This document shows, one piece after another, positions 37,401-50,554 of a DNA stretch of 64,000 nucleotides (within the stretch, counting starts at the first letter, position 1; every line of letters begins with the position of its first letter). This DNA comes from Balanoglossus misakiensis (taxonomy: Eukaryota > Animalia > Hemichordata), in contig CM082577.2 of NCBI GenBank assembly GCA_040954595.2, positions 11,379,654 to 11,443,653 of the forward strand. The letters run 5' to 3'. The position numbers were made by a program, and so were the translations under genes. The notes beneath the pieces are model-generated. The model was given only the letters and a program-made list of their open reading frames with translations, had not been told where the DNA came from and did no database searches.

Positions 37401-40400
37401 CATCGCAAACTACCACTGGATGTAAAGAAAATCAGTGTTGCAGTCAGGCAAAATTGTTGAAAATATTTTTGATGTGAAGGTGAAGTTACGGGCATGACCA
37501 TATGCGGTTTCTGTTGGGGGGGGGGGGGAGTCATGCACTCTCAGCTCAGAATTCTGTTGTGACTATTTATGTACATACAACTTTTGTACTTTGCACACAC
37601 CACCATGACTCATTTCAAACATGTTTTAGATCTACACATCATTTGTTACAGCAAACTTGTACACATTTCACATGTTACGTTATTGGCTGTCTTGTTCACA
37701 GCTCATACTTCACGCTCTGTTGTAGTACCGTAGATTGTATACAGTGCTCCAATCAACTTCTTCGTATGTGACTGTTGGAGATCTTTGTACATGTGTTACA
37801 TCATGAGTGTAGTCTTTGTTATTCAGCACTATACATACTTGTGCACACAAACCCTTGCATGCAGTACTGAAAACTGCAGTTAAAGTGTAACTGTACTCAC
37901 CTCAAGCCATATAATTTTTTTCAGTACAATGTAACTGTATGAGAATTTAAGTTGTGGGGGGGGGGGGGGTATGATGTTACATCCAGGGTGACAACAGCAG
38001 GCCTAGGAGGTTTCCAGAATTTCACTCTGGCAAGGGGGACTGTACAGTAATACATGTATCTCAAATGTGTCAGTACTGGTAGTGGTCCCCCTTTACAATT
38101 TGATAGGGGTCCCAATTAAAATGTCAGGAGGGTTGAATCACCCCATCCCCCTCCTAGATAAAACACGGGTATTCATTCATTTATCTTAGCAACAGTTGCA
38201 TCATTCACAAGCCAGAGTTGTCAGTGTGCATACAAGTCGGAGATCATCTTGTACTTCATTCTTTTCTATAGAATCGATAGGAATTCCCATCAGCTATTAG
38301 AGTCTGTGATTATTATTGACAAAATACGACCTTTGAAAACTCTTGGGTGCTATTCAGTTGGCAGTGAATTTTTATCAAAAGTACTATAAATGGCCGGGAC
38401 AATTAAGAAGAATGACTTCATAGATTTGAAATTATTGCACCTGAGGGACAAATATTAGAAACATACATGTCTGTCTGAAAACTCTATATAGACTTCATGT
38501 TTTAAACTTAAGCTGCCCTACCGTGCAATGTACATGTAGTTATTTTGCTAATATGTTTAATTTCCGAAATGGTTAGAACCCTGCATGTTCCCCGCAATAT
38601 GTGCCTGATTAAAGTGAAATATTACTTGATTCTCATCTGTAATAGATGGTTAGTAGAAACCATGATTAATATCAGCCAGTATATCACATATCGCAATAGA
38701 GGTGGATTCTAATCTGCTCAGTCACTGGCCATTATAGCTTAGATTTTTTTAAATTAAAAAAAAATGTTTGGTGTTTCAAAATGCCTAGATATGCAAATGC
38801 AACCACATTCGCAACTCCAATTCTCAGTGAGAGACAGTAAGTAAACTGATTAAAGTGATACTAGTACTATGTACAGATATTGATCCGTGGTTCAGGTAAC
38901 CACAACATGGAGAGTGTGATATACAATATACCTTAAGAATCAAACAATACAGTGCAGTTATGCAATAAAGATAATATTGTCTGAGGTGTCGAATGAACTA
39001 GGTATCTTTTATGTTGCTGTATCTATAAATATCGACATTGTGCGTAATCTTGGAACGACGTTCCAAGATGTAGTCAGCGTTTTAATGTTGTGTCGTCTGA
39101 GACTCTGTTGTTTAATTGTGTTCTATGCTTGCTTCTCTCCCCAAAGACATGTCACACATCTGTTCACCACCCTCAGGTGCCATGCATGATTCCCGGCAGA
39201 ACGAAACGAAAAAACAAAATGTGAAGATATCGGCGATCGTACACCCGATGTCAGTTTTGCGATTAAACGATCAATTTGCGTTTTTTATGCAGGGGGAGAG
39301 ACGGAGGGCGTCTTCATCACCACCGAAAATGTCACCCGAGACGGAGTGGCGCACATCTACAAAGACGTCGGCAAGCACCCGGACTTGACGCCGGAACAGG
39401 TCGCCTTGCTGGCCACGATAGAAGCCGAGAAGAATACACCGCACTCCAGGGCGTGGTATCGCGTCGGTGCCACACGTGAAATGACCGGCGGGCAGAAGCT
39501 GGTACCCACCTACGACCCCAAAATGCTGCAGGTAATGATTATTATTAAAGAAAAAAAAATGGAAAAAAGCAACAGAATAATGTTTGTATTCCTTATTTAC
39601 TGTAAAACACTTTATTTTTTGCGAGCATTAAATTTATGCTAAATACGCGAGAGCCAAAACAACGCGAAAATAAAGACTCGCGTACATATAGTTGTGAAAG
39701 AACAATGTGTGAAAACGCGAAAATTAATACTCACGTAAAAGTGGCCTCTCTTGATATCGCAAAAATTTTGACTCGCGAAAAAAAAGTGTTTTACAGTATT
39801 TTACATAGAATGGCACTGTTATAATGCTCATAATACTGTAAAACGGGAAATTTTGGTGACAGAAAATGTTTACGATATCAAAAGAGGCAGCTGTTATGCG
39901 AAGATAAATTTTCGCATTCTCGTATCGCTATTTCCGAAAAAAGAATTTTACGCGACTCTTTATTTTCACGTTTTGTTGGCTCTCGTGAAAATTTCCCGTT
40001 TTACAGTATCATGACTTTCTCATATCTACATTTTCACTTATCTACATTTTCAGACATATCGTCAGATGAAGGGAAGTACACTATCTCTCACGTCGGTTTC
40101 GCCCGACGTCCCGGTCATAGAATTTGCGGCGGCAGCCAGCGCTATCTATGAGAACGAAAAGCGGGTGCGCATCTGGATCGAGCGAAAAGGAAATCTTAAT
40201 CCGCAAGTCATCTTCAAGTACGTGTTAATACATTTCTTTGCCTTTTAGTTACGGTAGATTTGCGATTGATACGCGTAATTGAAGTCACCACCTTCGCTTT
40301 TTTTTCCCCCGCATGAAAATGAGACTGATAGACTGTGACGGAATGTTGCTATGGTAACAAACAGACTGCTCGGGTAACGCTGGCTGATTGGCAGTTATTT

Positions 40401-43400
40401 CCCGCAAATGACAAATTGTGATCGGTTTTGTCACATTTACATATTAATCGATACAGACAGCAACTGAAACAGAGAAGAAAAAATAGCCGTATTGGTCTGT
40501 ATCAAATTTAGAATAAAAAATATCCATGCATGAAGGCATTTATGTTTTAAACACTATGCAGAACCATACTTTTCTGTATGTTATTCCAAAAATTTACCAA
40601 AATATTAAGACTTGTAGTAATATGAGAAAACTTGTGATTGCGGAATTTTAGACTAAAACAAATAACAGTAGAGAAGCAGATGAAGTCATAAATATGGTAA
40701 TAATTGTTTAGATATAGCAGAACAATAACAGAAAGATTATCTGAATGAGAACCTAATCAGAGAATTGCCATGAACTATGGTCCATTGTATTGTGTCACCG
40801 TGCTCAGCCGAAAAGTGACACGAAGGCTTAAAATGATTGTGAACGATATTAATTTGCAGACCTTTAGTCACGCCGTGCTCATGGGAGCTATTAATTTGCC
40901 ACTCTTGAGTTGAATGTCTTCAGAATGGCCGAATGGCCCTCTTTTTAATTACCGGTGCGTCAATGGCCGTAGATGCGGTATGACGTCATCTGATTAATTA
41001 CCATATGAATGGCGGACAACTCAACAAGTTGCATTGGAAATTTGTAATTGCAGCGAAATCATCAGTGTTTCACCGTAACATTGCGGATAAAAGGAAATTC
41101 TATCCGATTCCAGAATAGCACCATAGCATGCAAGATTAATTTCTCTGAACATGTTTGTTCACATTCCACTGGAAGCCCTGATTTTAATGAGTGACTTGCT
41201 CAGTAATTGTCAGATTTCATGGACAGCCGCAGAATGAGAAAATTGTAAGAGTCAGTATTGCTGCCATCGTAACAAGAAGTGTACTTTCTAAAACATGAAG
41301 TGAATGAATCAAAGCGTGTATAATCTTAATGCAAAGTAAATATCTAATTTTAATAGTATCAAGATTTGCTTTCAAGTTTTTTTAAAGAACATTTGAAATT
41401 TTCCCCATTAGTACACAGCTACCGTACATTATAGTGGTATGCATACTTGGGTATTAGAATCTCCACAAATTCATGATGGTGTCATTTGCCGGATACAGAT
41501 AAAATTGAAGTTATTGGGGCTTAAATAGAACAAATAGAGATTATTCATATAAAGACTATATGCATGTACTTTTCAAAGAAAAAAAAAATTGAAAAATACC
41601 ACCTTTGATTAAAAACAGGAACCCTTCTTGAGTACGCGCATCAAAACAAATTTTGAAAATGCGCTAAAATCCCCCCCCCCCCAAAAAAATAGGTAACAGT
41701 AACTGTTTCCATTAGTGCAGTTATCTCACAGCATTTGTGTAATCTCGTATGTCTACCTGTGAGCTATATCAGAGAAAATTACGACAAAATCTAGCTTTTA
41801 GTTTTACAAGGCAGATGTTTTGGATCTCATGCTAGTATCAGCGATGGGCTGAGAAGGGATTAGATTAAGAAAGGGACTTCACTTCACATCTTCTGTTGTC
41901 GTCAAACTGCAACCTGTTACTTCGCCCGGAAGGATATAATTCAATTACCGAGAGGCACGGTTTGACACAATTCAGTGATTTCGGAATATGACTGTAGAGC
42001 GACTCAACCTTGGACCGTTTCCTCCGGTGTTCTGTTTACTGCAAGAAGACCTTGCGGCAAAAAACATCACCTTTAGGAAGTCCATTTTGTCAGCCTCATC
42101 AACTGTACAATATTCTGGAAAGAAAAACAAGAATCCCATTCTCGCGGCTCATTACAACAAAGGCGGGTTCATTATTACTCTTTTAAGTTTTTATTAATCC
42201 GACACCTGCAGTTCCTTCCGGCAAAAAATCTCTACTAAGTATTTTTATGTACCTTCTTTCACCTGTGCACGATATGTGAATGTCCCTTTATACCGTACAA
42301 GGCCAATGTAGACTGATGAATATTCATGAATGTATACTTTGCCATCTGTAAAAGACAGATCCATCCCACAGATCAAAGAAAATTCTGTACTTTTGCCCAG
42401 AAATTGTGTATAATTGGTATTTTGAATAAAAAGTTACTGTTTAACAATATCACACATAGACTTAATACGTAGACATAATCTGATCAACGTGCACTTCTTT
42501 GAAAATGTAATGTTTCAGTAACAATAAAATACAGTTAATCTCGGATTTGAGAGTCGAGAGATGCTAATACCTTTATATCGTACTGATGATCACTGTGGCT
42601 GTGTCATTTGTCACAAAATACTCCTAAAATAGATCTAATTTATAGAACAGCTGGGTGAGATTAATCATTTAATGTCTAATTGTGGCATGTTAATAATCCC
42701 CTCAATTCATCTGCAGTAGAAGATAAATTAAGCTTATACTTCAGTAAAGAAAATGAATTTGGTCTGAAGGTCTGAAGAAAAAAGGAAATTTTCACGTCTA
42801 GATGCTATGGCTACTTTGCAGTTCACTCAATCTCTCAGAATGTCACTTCCCTCAACAAAACAGTCACGACATTTAAAAGTAAACAGAAACTAATCGTTAT
42901 TGAATTGCCCTGAAAAGCACCAACTCAGTAAACTCGAGTGGCTGTATACTGAATGGAGAAAATCTAATTTGGGAGAAATTTTAGAGTGTAGTACATGTTA
43001 TTACTGAAAGCTGATTTGTGCTAAGTACTATAAAAGGAATCAAACTGACGTAGATAGAAATGCTGGGTGTATTTTCAGTCTGTAGCATACAGTCTCCGAT
43101 TCAGTTGTCACCCATGATTATTTCTGTGTATGGAAAACATTTGTTTTGTTTTTCCTGTAACTGAAACAGCCATCCGTATTGCCAGACTTCGGTATAACAG
43201 GGTTGTATTTTGCAAATGTTGCTTTTACGATTTCCAGTGAGTTCCCCCCCCCCCCCCCCCCCCCCCCCCGCCCCTTAACCCTTTCACCCCCAGTTTCCTC
43301 TTTATTGGTCCAACCTTACCATAGAAAACAGTGGATTTATATTGATATTAGTGGTGAAAGGGTTAATCATTTGAAAATCTTTAAAAACTCTTGAGTTCTT

Positions 43401-46400
43401 AAAAGCAGATGTACCCTTTAAAAACCCAATTTTTATTTGTCTCAAAAACTAAAGGACAATGACATGTTAAAGTTTTCACTGACACTGCAAAAATAACTAC
43501 CCATGCAAATATGAATATAATGCATTGTTAGTTACGTTAGAATGTTTTCATCACAAAAGCCAATGGAATGTACATTTGAACCCATGCACTTAATCAGTTA
43601 ATTTCCATGACAATATCCTATTATTCCAGGACAGAATGTGGGTGTACTCCCCAGAGTGGTTTCATTATCGAAGACATCAAATTTGTACAAATCAATCAAA
43701 TAGTCTGTGGGGGGGGTCTCATGCGATCAAGCAGGGTGCTATAATACAGTAAAATTACATGGGCAAATACTAGTAGTATATTAAAGCCAGAGTTGCCTGT
43801 GAAATTCCTTCACTGTCTGTGCAAGGTAGTGGCCAGCTAAACTTTTGTTGTTGAGCGCATGTCTAAATAATGTGATCAGACTGAACAATTACTCATGTTT
43901 CACAGAGTAGAATAAGAAACCACAGTTGATATACAAAACAAAAATACAGTGAAACTGCTGGGACTCTTAATAGAGAGGTGTCCTTATTAAATAGACATGT
44001 AATATTCTATTCAAACTGTGACTTTTGTCTTGAAAAATCTGTCCATGGAAAATTGAGATCTAGCCAATCACAGATTTTCAGTGGGTGGCACATGCACTTT
44101 CCTTATAAACATCATTGCAGGCAAGATAAAAAAAGGGTTGAAATTTAAAATTTCGAATTGTAAATTTTCAGATACGAGACTCTAGACGGCACGGCGGAGG
44201 CTGGGTCCGACTACATTGCACAGCGAGGCACCATGGTGTTTGATTCGGGTGAAACGCAGAAGTATCTCGACATAGAGATCATCGACGACAACGAGTGGGA
44301 GGAAGACGAGGTGTTCTTCGTCAAACTGGCGTTGGAACCGCGCTCTCAAGCCAAACTGGGAAAGAAGAGCACTATGCAGATAACTATCATCAATGATGAC
44401 GGTCAGTTTTTTAAAAGAAAATATATACATACAGTGTTTTTGTTAAGGGCGGTACCTAGGTAAAATCTACCGGAGTTCCCCAGTCATTTTACCGGGGTTC
44501 CCCTGGGTGTATCAATGTAGTAGTTATATTAGGAGGTTGTAGATATGTTACCGGGGTTCCCAAATCCATTACCAATGTTCCCCAACCTTAGCAAAAACAC
44601 TGTGCATAGTTTCATTATGAGATTAGCCGGTTGGTAAGGTCAAAATCAGAATAACCAAGCTCCTATTATACAGTGAAACCTGTCTAAACTGAACGCCAAT
44701 AGACACTGAAGAAATTGTTCGGTTTGCAGAGGTGTCCGGTTTATAGAGGTTTCTTCTAACATGTGCTTCTATGTCAAAGGGACAGGAAAATGTGTTCGGT
44801 ATAGACAGGGTTCCAGATTAGACAGGGTTCGGTTTAGACAGGTTTTACTGCATAATATGAAGAAAAACTAACATATTTTTTTGCTGGACCTGTTAAACAA
44901 CTTGCAAGGTTTGTTGAAAATGCATTTTATAAACTAAGACTGAGTCTCTACACTTCAATGCAAATACCAAATGAAAGTATATACTTTCAATTGTTGATGT
45001 TGAATTGTCCCTCAGTCTTTACACAGTATTTGAAATGTTTCATGTGAAAGTTACTGATAAGTCCTCATGAGTTGCATGTCACAATAATAAATAAATTACT
45101 ACTACTATTTCATGCGGTTTTAGGAAAAAGTCTTGATACATTTATCGGTGAATTGGACAGTGTGCAGACGATGAAAGTTTGCAAATTGACAAAAACGGAG
45201 TCCAGGCCAATTTTCAATCATTGAACTGTTTTGCATCTAATGTTCCCTTGTCAACAACAGAACCTGGCACCTTCGACTTCACCTTGGCGAGCTACCTGGT
45301 CAAAGAGAGCGTGGGCGACGCCCGCATTCCCGTGGTGAGAAGCAAAGGAAACGACGGCAAAGTGGTGCTCAACTGGAGGACGACCGACATGACGGCGGTC
45401 AACGGCAAGGACTTCCACGGCGGCGAGGGCAAACTGGTCTTCGAGCACGGGGAGAAGGAGAAGTCCATCGACATCCCCATCGTCGACGACGCAGAGTGCG
45501 AGAAGGACGAGTCGTTCAAGCTGGAGCTGGTGGAGGTCAGCCCCGGGGCCAAGCTGGGCAAGATCAAGAGCACCGTGGTGACCATCGTCAACGACGACGG
45601 TGAGTGGAATTTTTTGTGTGTCTCAAAGTGGGATTTCAGAGACAAATGCCGCTGGGCATTTCGGAGATACCAGTGAGTCATCGAAGGAGACGCGCCCAAA
45701 CATGGGAACATACGATACTTTGTTTTTAATAATGACAAAGGTCAGATTGATGAAAGTCAACTGCATTCCTAATATTATTGACGTCAATATTTGTCCCGCA
45801 CATTTCTCTTTTTCACAAAAATCAAACCCCTTCACATCTTTGAAATGCCTTTTCTTGCTGCACTATATAAAAACAAAAACAAACATCTTGTCCCATTCAC
45901 ACCAAATGTGATGGTACTGTGGCAGTTTTACTGCAGCTGCTACCTGCCCGCAAAAATTAAAAAAAAATTGCAGTCAGAATCAGATGTTAAACGGGTGTGA
46001 AACATAATTGTCAGCTTGCCCTTTCAGTCCAGAGATCATCTTATTAGGGATTGGTTGCATGGTTTCAGAGTCAAGGTCAAACAGTATCCAGAATCTATGC
46101 ATTTGTCAGAAACAGTAGCATTAATGATTCAAACCGGTTAGAAATTTGAAGAATAACATATTAGAATAAAGTAGCAGAATTTATACACAGTGCACAAATT
46201 GTGAAAAAACCCCAACACATTTTCATAAGTGACAATTATTGCATATTGCTCCTGTTTAATAAATGAGAGTTGTTTGGCCACAACAGTTTATTGCTAAGGA
46301 ACTGACCTCTTGTGTTATGCTTCCGAGAAAAGACATAAAATATTTAAGCAATCACATAGAATATGCCACGTACAGTATGAACCATTGTAATAAGAGCACT

Positions 46401-49400
46401 AAACTGATCATGCCCTGTACTGTGTTTTGAATATCCCATTGTTATGATGATCTTATTGTAAAAGTTATCAAAATTAAAAATTTGAAATAACAGAAAATTA
46501 TAGGTGACTAAACATTCCTAAAATATGGTGCTTTAATATTTTCATATACAGCTGAGCAGATAAACCCTGGTGTGAAATTACTTAGCCATATTTGTGTATG
46601 ATAAACAACAAAGGTGCTTGGCCCACGGATTGTCAAGAGACTAGTTGAATTAAATAACCATTGACATTACTGGGCAGGCATTCTAGAGGGACTTTAATAG
46701 GCAAACTGTTTGACAACAGTTAATTTGTTAATTTATTTATTTAATAAGCGATTGTGACTTAAATGGCTGTGGTTGAGATAAAACTCTCTCTAATAATAAT
46801 TGCTTCACACTTAATTGACAAAGTTTACCCAGTGCTTAGATCCCACTTAAATTATTTATTATTGCATGCTCCTACCCCCATTAAGAAATTTGATAAAAGA
46901 TTGAGGTGATATGTGACCAGCTACACTGACAAAATTTGCCTTTTAATAGTCTATCTCACTTTTGCTGGTTTGAACATACATCATAAATATCAACAAATTT
47001 GTGAGTATTAAAAATGACTATAATTTGACATTTTGCTGAAAAAACTGTCAATGCGCTTATCAAATGCAAACCAAATGTAAGTAATCTTTTCTGTCCAAAA
47101 GTACTATAAAAGTTACAGACAAAATTATCCGTCTTTCTACCATATGGGTTTTTACTGCCAAAAGGCCAGGAAATGTTATTTCAGTCCAACTTTGCGTTAC
47201 AATATACACATGTAGATCCATTCGACATATGGTATATCCATTCGACATATGGATGAACACAAGCAAATTTTTATGATCAATTTTTTATGATTCTCTGGGT
47301 AAAAAATCAATAATATAAAACAACATCAGTGCGTAGACAGAGTAATTTCCTTCAACAGAAAAGAGATGAAATCTGAAAAAAAAATTGTCTTTTGCAAGAG
47401 TGCAGTTCAACATGGATACATGTGCTTCATCACTGAAAGCAATTTCCCATCAGACACATTATGGAATTGATTGAGAGGTTCGGGTTATGAATATATCGCT
47501 TAGTGGGAGTTAGACAGCAAAATACTTCTCAGAGTATCTGCGCTCGCTGTTGAGCTCAGTGCTAGTACAGAAACTAATCTCATTTTCCCTGTAGTGTTTG
47601 GACACAGAAATCATTCTACGACATTTAACCCTGTCGACTCCATAGTCTCAACTTGCTGTCGTTTTTTTTTGCAAAAATTAACCTTGTAACTTTCACAATA
47701 TTTCCTCCTCCCTCCCCCTAAAATTTTGATCAGGACTGGCAGAAAATTAAAAATTAAATCTACTTTGTCTAAAATTATGGGGAAAAACGGAAAATTGTGC
47801 GAAAATATTAAAAATGTTGTTCCAGTCATGTACCGTTGTTTTCACATTGATCGTACAATCCTCATATTAATACCAAATTCATCCCCCGGGAAATCATTCC
47901 TTTATAAATAATTCATATTAGTGAGAAATACTACACGTCACCCGTGTGTTTTTTCTGCATCATTACATTGTCATGGTAACCAGCAGGTTATACTTTCTGG
48001 CATGACCATTTAATTAAAAGAGCAAGCTTTTAAATTTAGAATTATTTCTTGCTTCCTCTCATTGTAACAGGAAAACCATTATGTTTTCATGGGATGAGAC
48101 AGTTTCGAATAATCCATACAGTGCGGTCTAATTTAATTCTAAGCTTCGTATAAGGTAGTCTGTCATTTCTTTGAAGAAAGTATTTTATTCTGCAATATTA
48201 TAAAATGGAATTGAGTAATTAGGTTGTCAGTAAAATTAGTGTGGATCAAATGTAACAAAACTCATTTGGTGGTAGATTCTTGGCTGCATTAATGTTGTTG
48301 AAGTAACTTGCAGCATGGAAAGTTAACATGGAGTGGTCCAGATATTTCTGGTTGTAATATCAGCCATGGCATTACAGATGTTTCCTGTCAAACATAGAAT
48401 GACCTTAAAAGCACTTAAAACGGATTCTCTTTTTAAAAAAAAAAACCACCTTGGGGATGTTTCTTTTGTGATGTTTCTTTTCTAGGGTTCAAGCACATGT
48501 CAAGTTCAGGACTTCAGTTTAGATTTGTCAATTTTGTGACACGAAATTCGCAAAGCTTCGTGACTTTAACAACGAAATCGTTTTTCTCACGATGTACAGA
48601 CAAATTCTTTCAGATTCACTTTTTTGAGATTGTCTCGTGTGGCTAAATCTCTTTTTTTCACTCTTGCAGAATTTAACACGATTTTGGACCGTGTCGTCAA
48701 CATCACAAATATCAACTTGGATCGCATACGCCTCGGTAATGCCAGCTGGGGCCAGCAGATGAAGGACGCCATGAACGTGAACGGCGGCGACGTAGAGAAC
48801 GCCACTTTTGTCGACTACATCATGCACTTCTTGACGTTTGGCTGGAAGGTAAATATGGCGTCGCGTTTCTTCGAACTTTCGGGCCATCGATCGTCTCTGG
48901 GGATGGCGAGGTTTTTGTATCGCAGTGCAGGATGCCCGGGGCATTTCTGAAAGACGGATATTCCACACATAATTCGTGGGTTATACAAAATCATACTGTT
49001 AAACCTGTGTCTAAGCCGAACACTAAAGGATTGGAGAACTTGTTGGGTCTGCAGAGGAGTTTGGTTATAGAGGTTTCTTAACATGTGACTCTACTGTAAA
49101 ACGGGTTATTTTTCGCGACTGGAAATTTTCGCAATATCAAAAGAGGCAACTGTTACATGAGGATTAATTTTCGTGTTCACATATTTCACAGACTGCATTG
49201 ATATCTCGAAAAAAACATTTCACACGACTTTTTATCTTCATGTTTTTTTGGCTCTCGCGTATTTCGCGAAAATTTATTGCTCGCGAAAATAACCCATTTT
49301 ACAGTATGTGAAAGAGGCTGCAAAGGATGTTGGGTATAATACACACTGGGTTTACAGATTAGACAGTGTGCGCTCGATCAAGACAGGTTTTACTGTAGAT

Positions 49401-50554
49401 TTATTTGACTGATAAGGTGGATTGCCAGAAACTAAAATTACCTGATCATGCACAAATGTGAAAAAAAATTCTGCGCTACACGTTGGGCGATACGCAGTGC
49501 TATTGTCCTCGTGCATACTTTGTGGTATTTTCATACTAACCTCACAATATGCTGCTATCAGTGAAAAATTTGTTTCAGTGACTCAGTCAGATGCTACAAA
49601 CATAACTTCTGTTCTTGTCCCACAGGTCATCTTTGCGTGTTGTCCCCCGCCTCATTTCCTCAACTCAGGAGGTTGGATCACGTTCGCCGTGGCCCTCATG
49701 ATGATCGGATTGCTGACGGCGATCATCGGCGACCTGGCCTCCATCTTCGGCTGCCTGATTGGGCTGAGGGACCCAGTGACGGCCATCACGTTTGTTGCCG
49801 TGGGAACCAGTCTGCCGGATCTGTTTGCCAGCAAGACGGCGGCCATGAATGAGAAGTACGCGGACACGGCGATCGGCAACGTGACTGGGAGCAATTCGGT
49901 CAACGTGTTTCTGGGCCTCGGTCTGCCCTGGGTGATAGCCACCATTTACTGGAATGTGCAGGTAGGAGCCAAATGGTGTTTTTATCAGTAAAACTACAAC
50001 GTGTCTTATCACTCACACACACACCCACAGACACACGCCCATGCACACACCCACTCATAACCATCAAAAGTTAAAGTTTGTTTTAAATCGTAACAGAAGT
50101 ACATGTAACTTCCACCGTAGTGTGATCGTGTAACCTTCACTATCATTTAGGCACAATTGATATGGAATCATTCTGCATGAAGAAGACGTCACCACAAAAA
50201 CTACCTGTGACTGCAAAATTGAAGAAGAAAAAGTATTTTGACTGCATTTCAAACTTACCGGTAACAGTCATAAACTTAACTTCTGTGCTTTTTATCCTAA
50301 TTGTCTCCATTTTTCAGGGCCTCGACTTTGAAGTTGAGAGGGGATCCCTGGCCTTCAGTGTGATGATCTATGCAATCTGTGCGGTCACGTGTCTGACCCT
50401 GTTAGTTCTACGAAGATTCGTTCCCTTCCTGGGTAAAGCTGAGCTGGGCGGACCGACGGTGCCCAAGTACATCTCAGCGGTCATTTTAGTGGCCCTGTGG
50501 TTTCTGTACGTCCTCCTGTGTTCGTTCCAGACGTACGGCTACATCAAGTTCTAG
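31495..50554 (+). CDS. Na+/Ca2+ exchanger (SLC8A/NCX family), 803 aa core
   Basis: Exons 31495-32182, 39293-39531, 40054-40217, 44172-44401, 45261-45599, 48670-48848, 49626-49961, 50318-50554(TAG) = 2412 nt, phases consistent. Alpha-1 repeat LMALGSSAPE, SRAWYR motif, two Calx-beta domains (IIDDNEWEEDE; IVDDAECEKDE), SWGQQMKDAM, alpha-2 repeat VGTSLPDLFASK..IGNVTGSNSVNVFLGLG, AELGGP. Confidence 0.95.
34200..34383. mobile_element. hAT-like MITE, copy 2
   Basis: CAGTGTACCC...AGAGGGTACAC ends; long match to 6109-6283 (ACTCACTGGTGACTC..GAAATCCT..TTGACTCAAAGCTTTT..TTATGTTTGTTAGAGGG). Confidence 0.65.
36543..36605 (+). other. Candidate NCX cassette exon (63 nt, phase 1-1)
   Basis: TTTTATTTTCAG acceptor, AAG|GTATTA donor, open in the NCX frame (DDTKTLSNRISPELEVMHMHQ), TGCATG twice within 60 nt downstream. 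Confidence 0.5.
36804..36957. repeat. Polypurine (GA/GGA-rich) low-complexity tract
   Basis: About 150 bp almost entirely G/A, ending in (GA)n and a G run. Confidence 0.9.
37224..37244 (+). other. Candidate NCX microexon (21 nt, phase 1-1)
   Basis: T-rich upstream tract, AAG acceptor, consensus donor GTAAGT; in-frame AFLKHAV. Confidence 0.4.
39147..39176 (+). other. Candidate NCX microexon (30 nt, phase 1-1)
   Basis: TGCTTGCTTCTCTCCCCAAAG acceptor, CAG|GTGCCA donor followed by TGCATG; in-frame DMSHICSPPS. Confidence 0.45.
39598..39798. mobile_element. Family A MITE (CACTTT-TIR subfamily)
   Basis: TA+CTGTAAAACACTTTATTTT ... AAAGTGTTTTACAG+TA. Confidence 0.8.
39834..40008. mobile_element. 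Family A MITE (CGGG-TIR subfamily), opposite orientation
   Basis: TA+CTGTAAAACGGGAAATTTT ... AAAATTTCCCGTTTTACAG+TA. Confidence 0.78.
43275..43366. mobile_element. piggyBac-like mini-MITE
   Basis: TTAA+CCCTTTCACC ... GGTGAAAGGG+TTAA; inverted relative to the 5045 copy. Confidence 0.75.
44432..44602. mobile_element. hAT-like MITE with internal ACCGGGGTTCCC repeats
   Basis: 17-bp TIR CAGTGTTTTTGTTAAGG / CCTTAGCAAAAACACTG; four TACC..GTTCCC subrepeats; TSD unclear. Confidence 0.6.
44669..44852. mobile_element. Family B MITE, copy 2
   Basis: CAGTGAAACCTGTCTAAAC ... GTTTAGACAGGTTTTACTG; near-colinear with 14300-14481. Confidence 0.82.
48994..49397. mobile_element. Diverged family B MITE interrupted by a family A MITE
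   Basis: Left half ends ...TTAACATGTGACTC-TA, right half resumes TA-TGTGAAAG...AGACAGGTTTTACTG-TA; intact copies read ...AACATGTGGTTC-TA-TGTCAAAG.... Confidence 0.7.
49092..49306. mobile_element. Family A MITE nested in family B
   Basis: TA+CTGTAAAACGGGTTATTTT ... AAAATAACCCATTTTACAG+TA; inverted relative to the 5654 copy. Confidence 0.8.
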
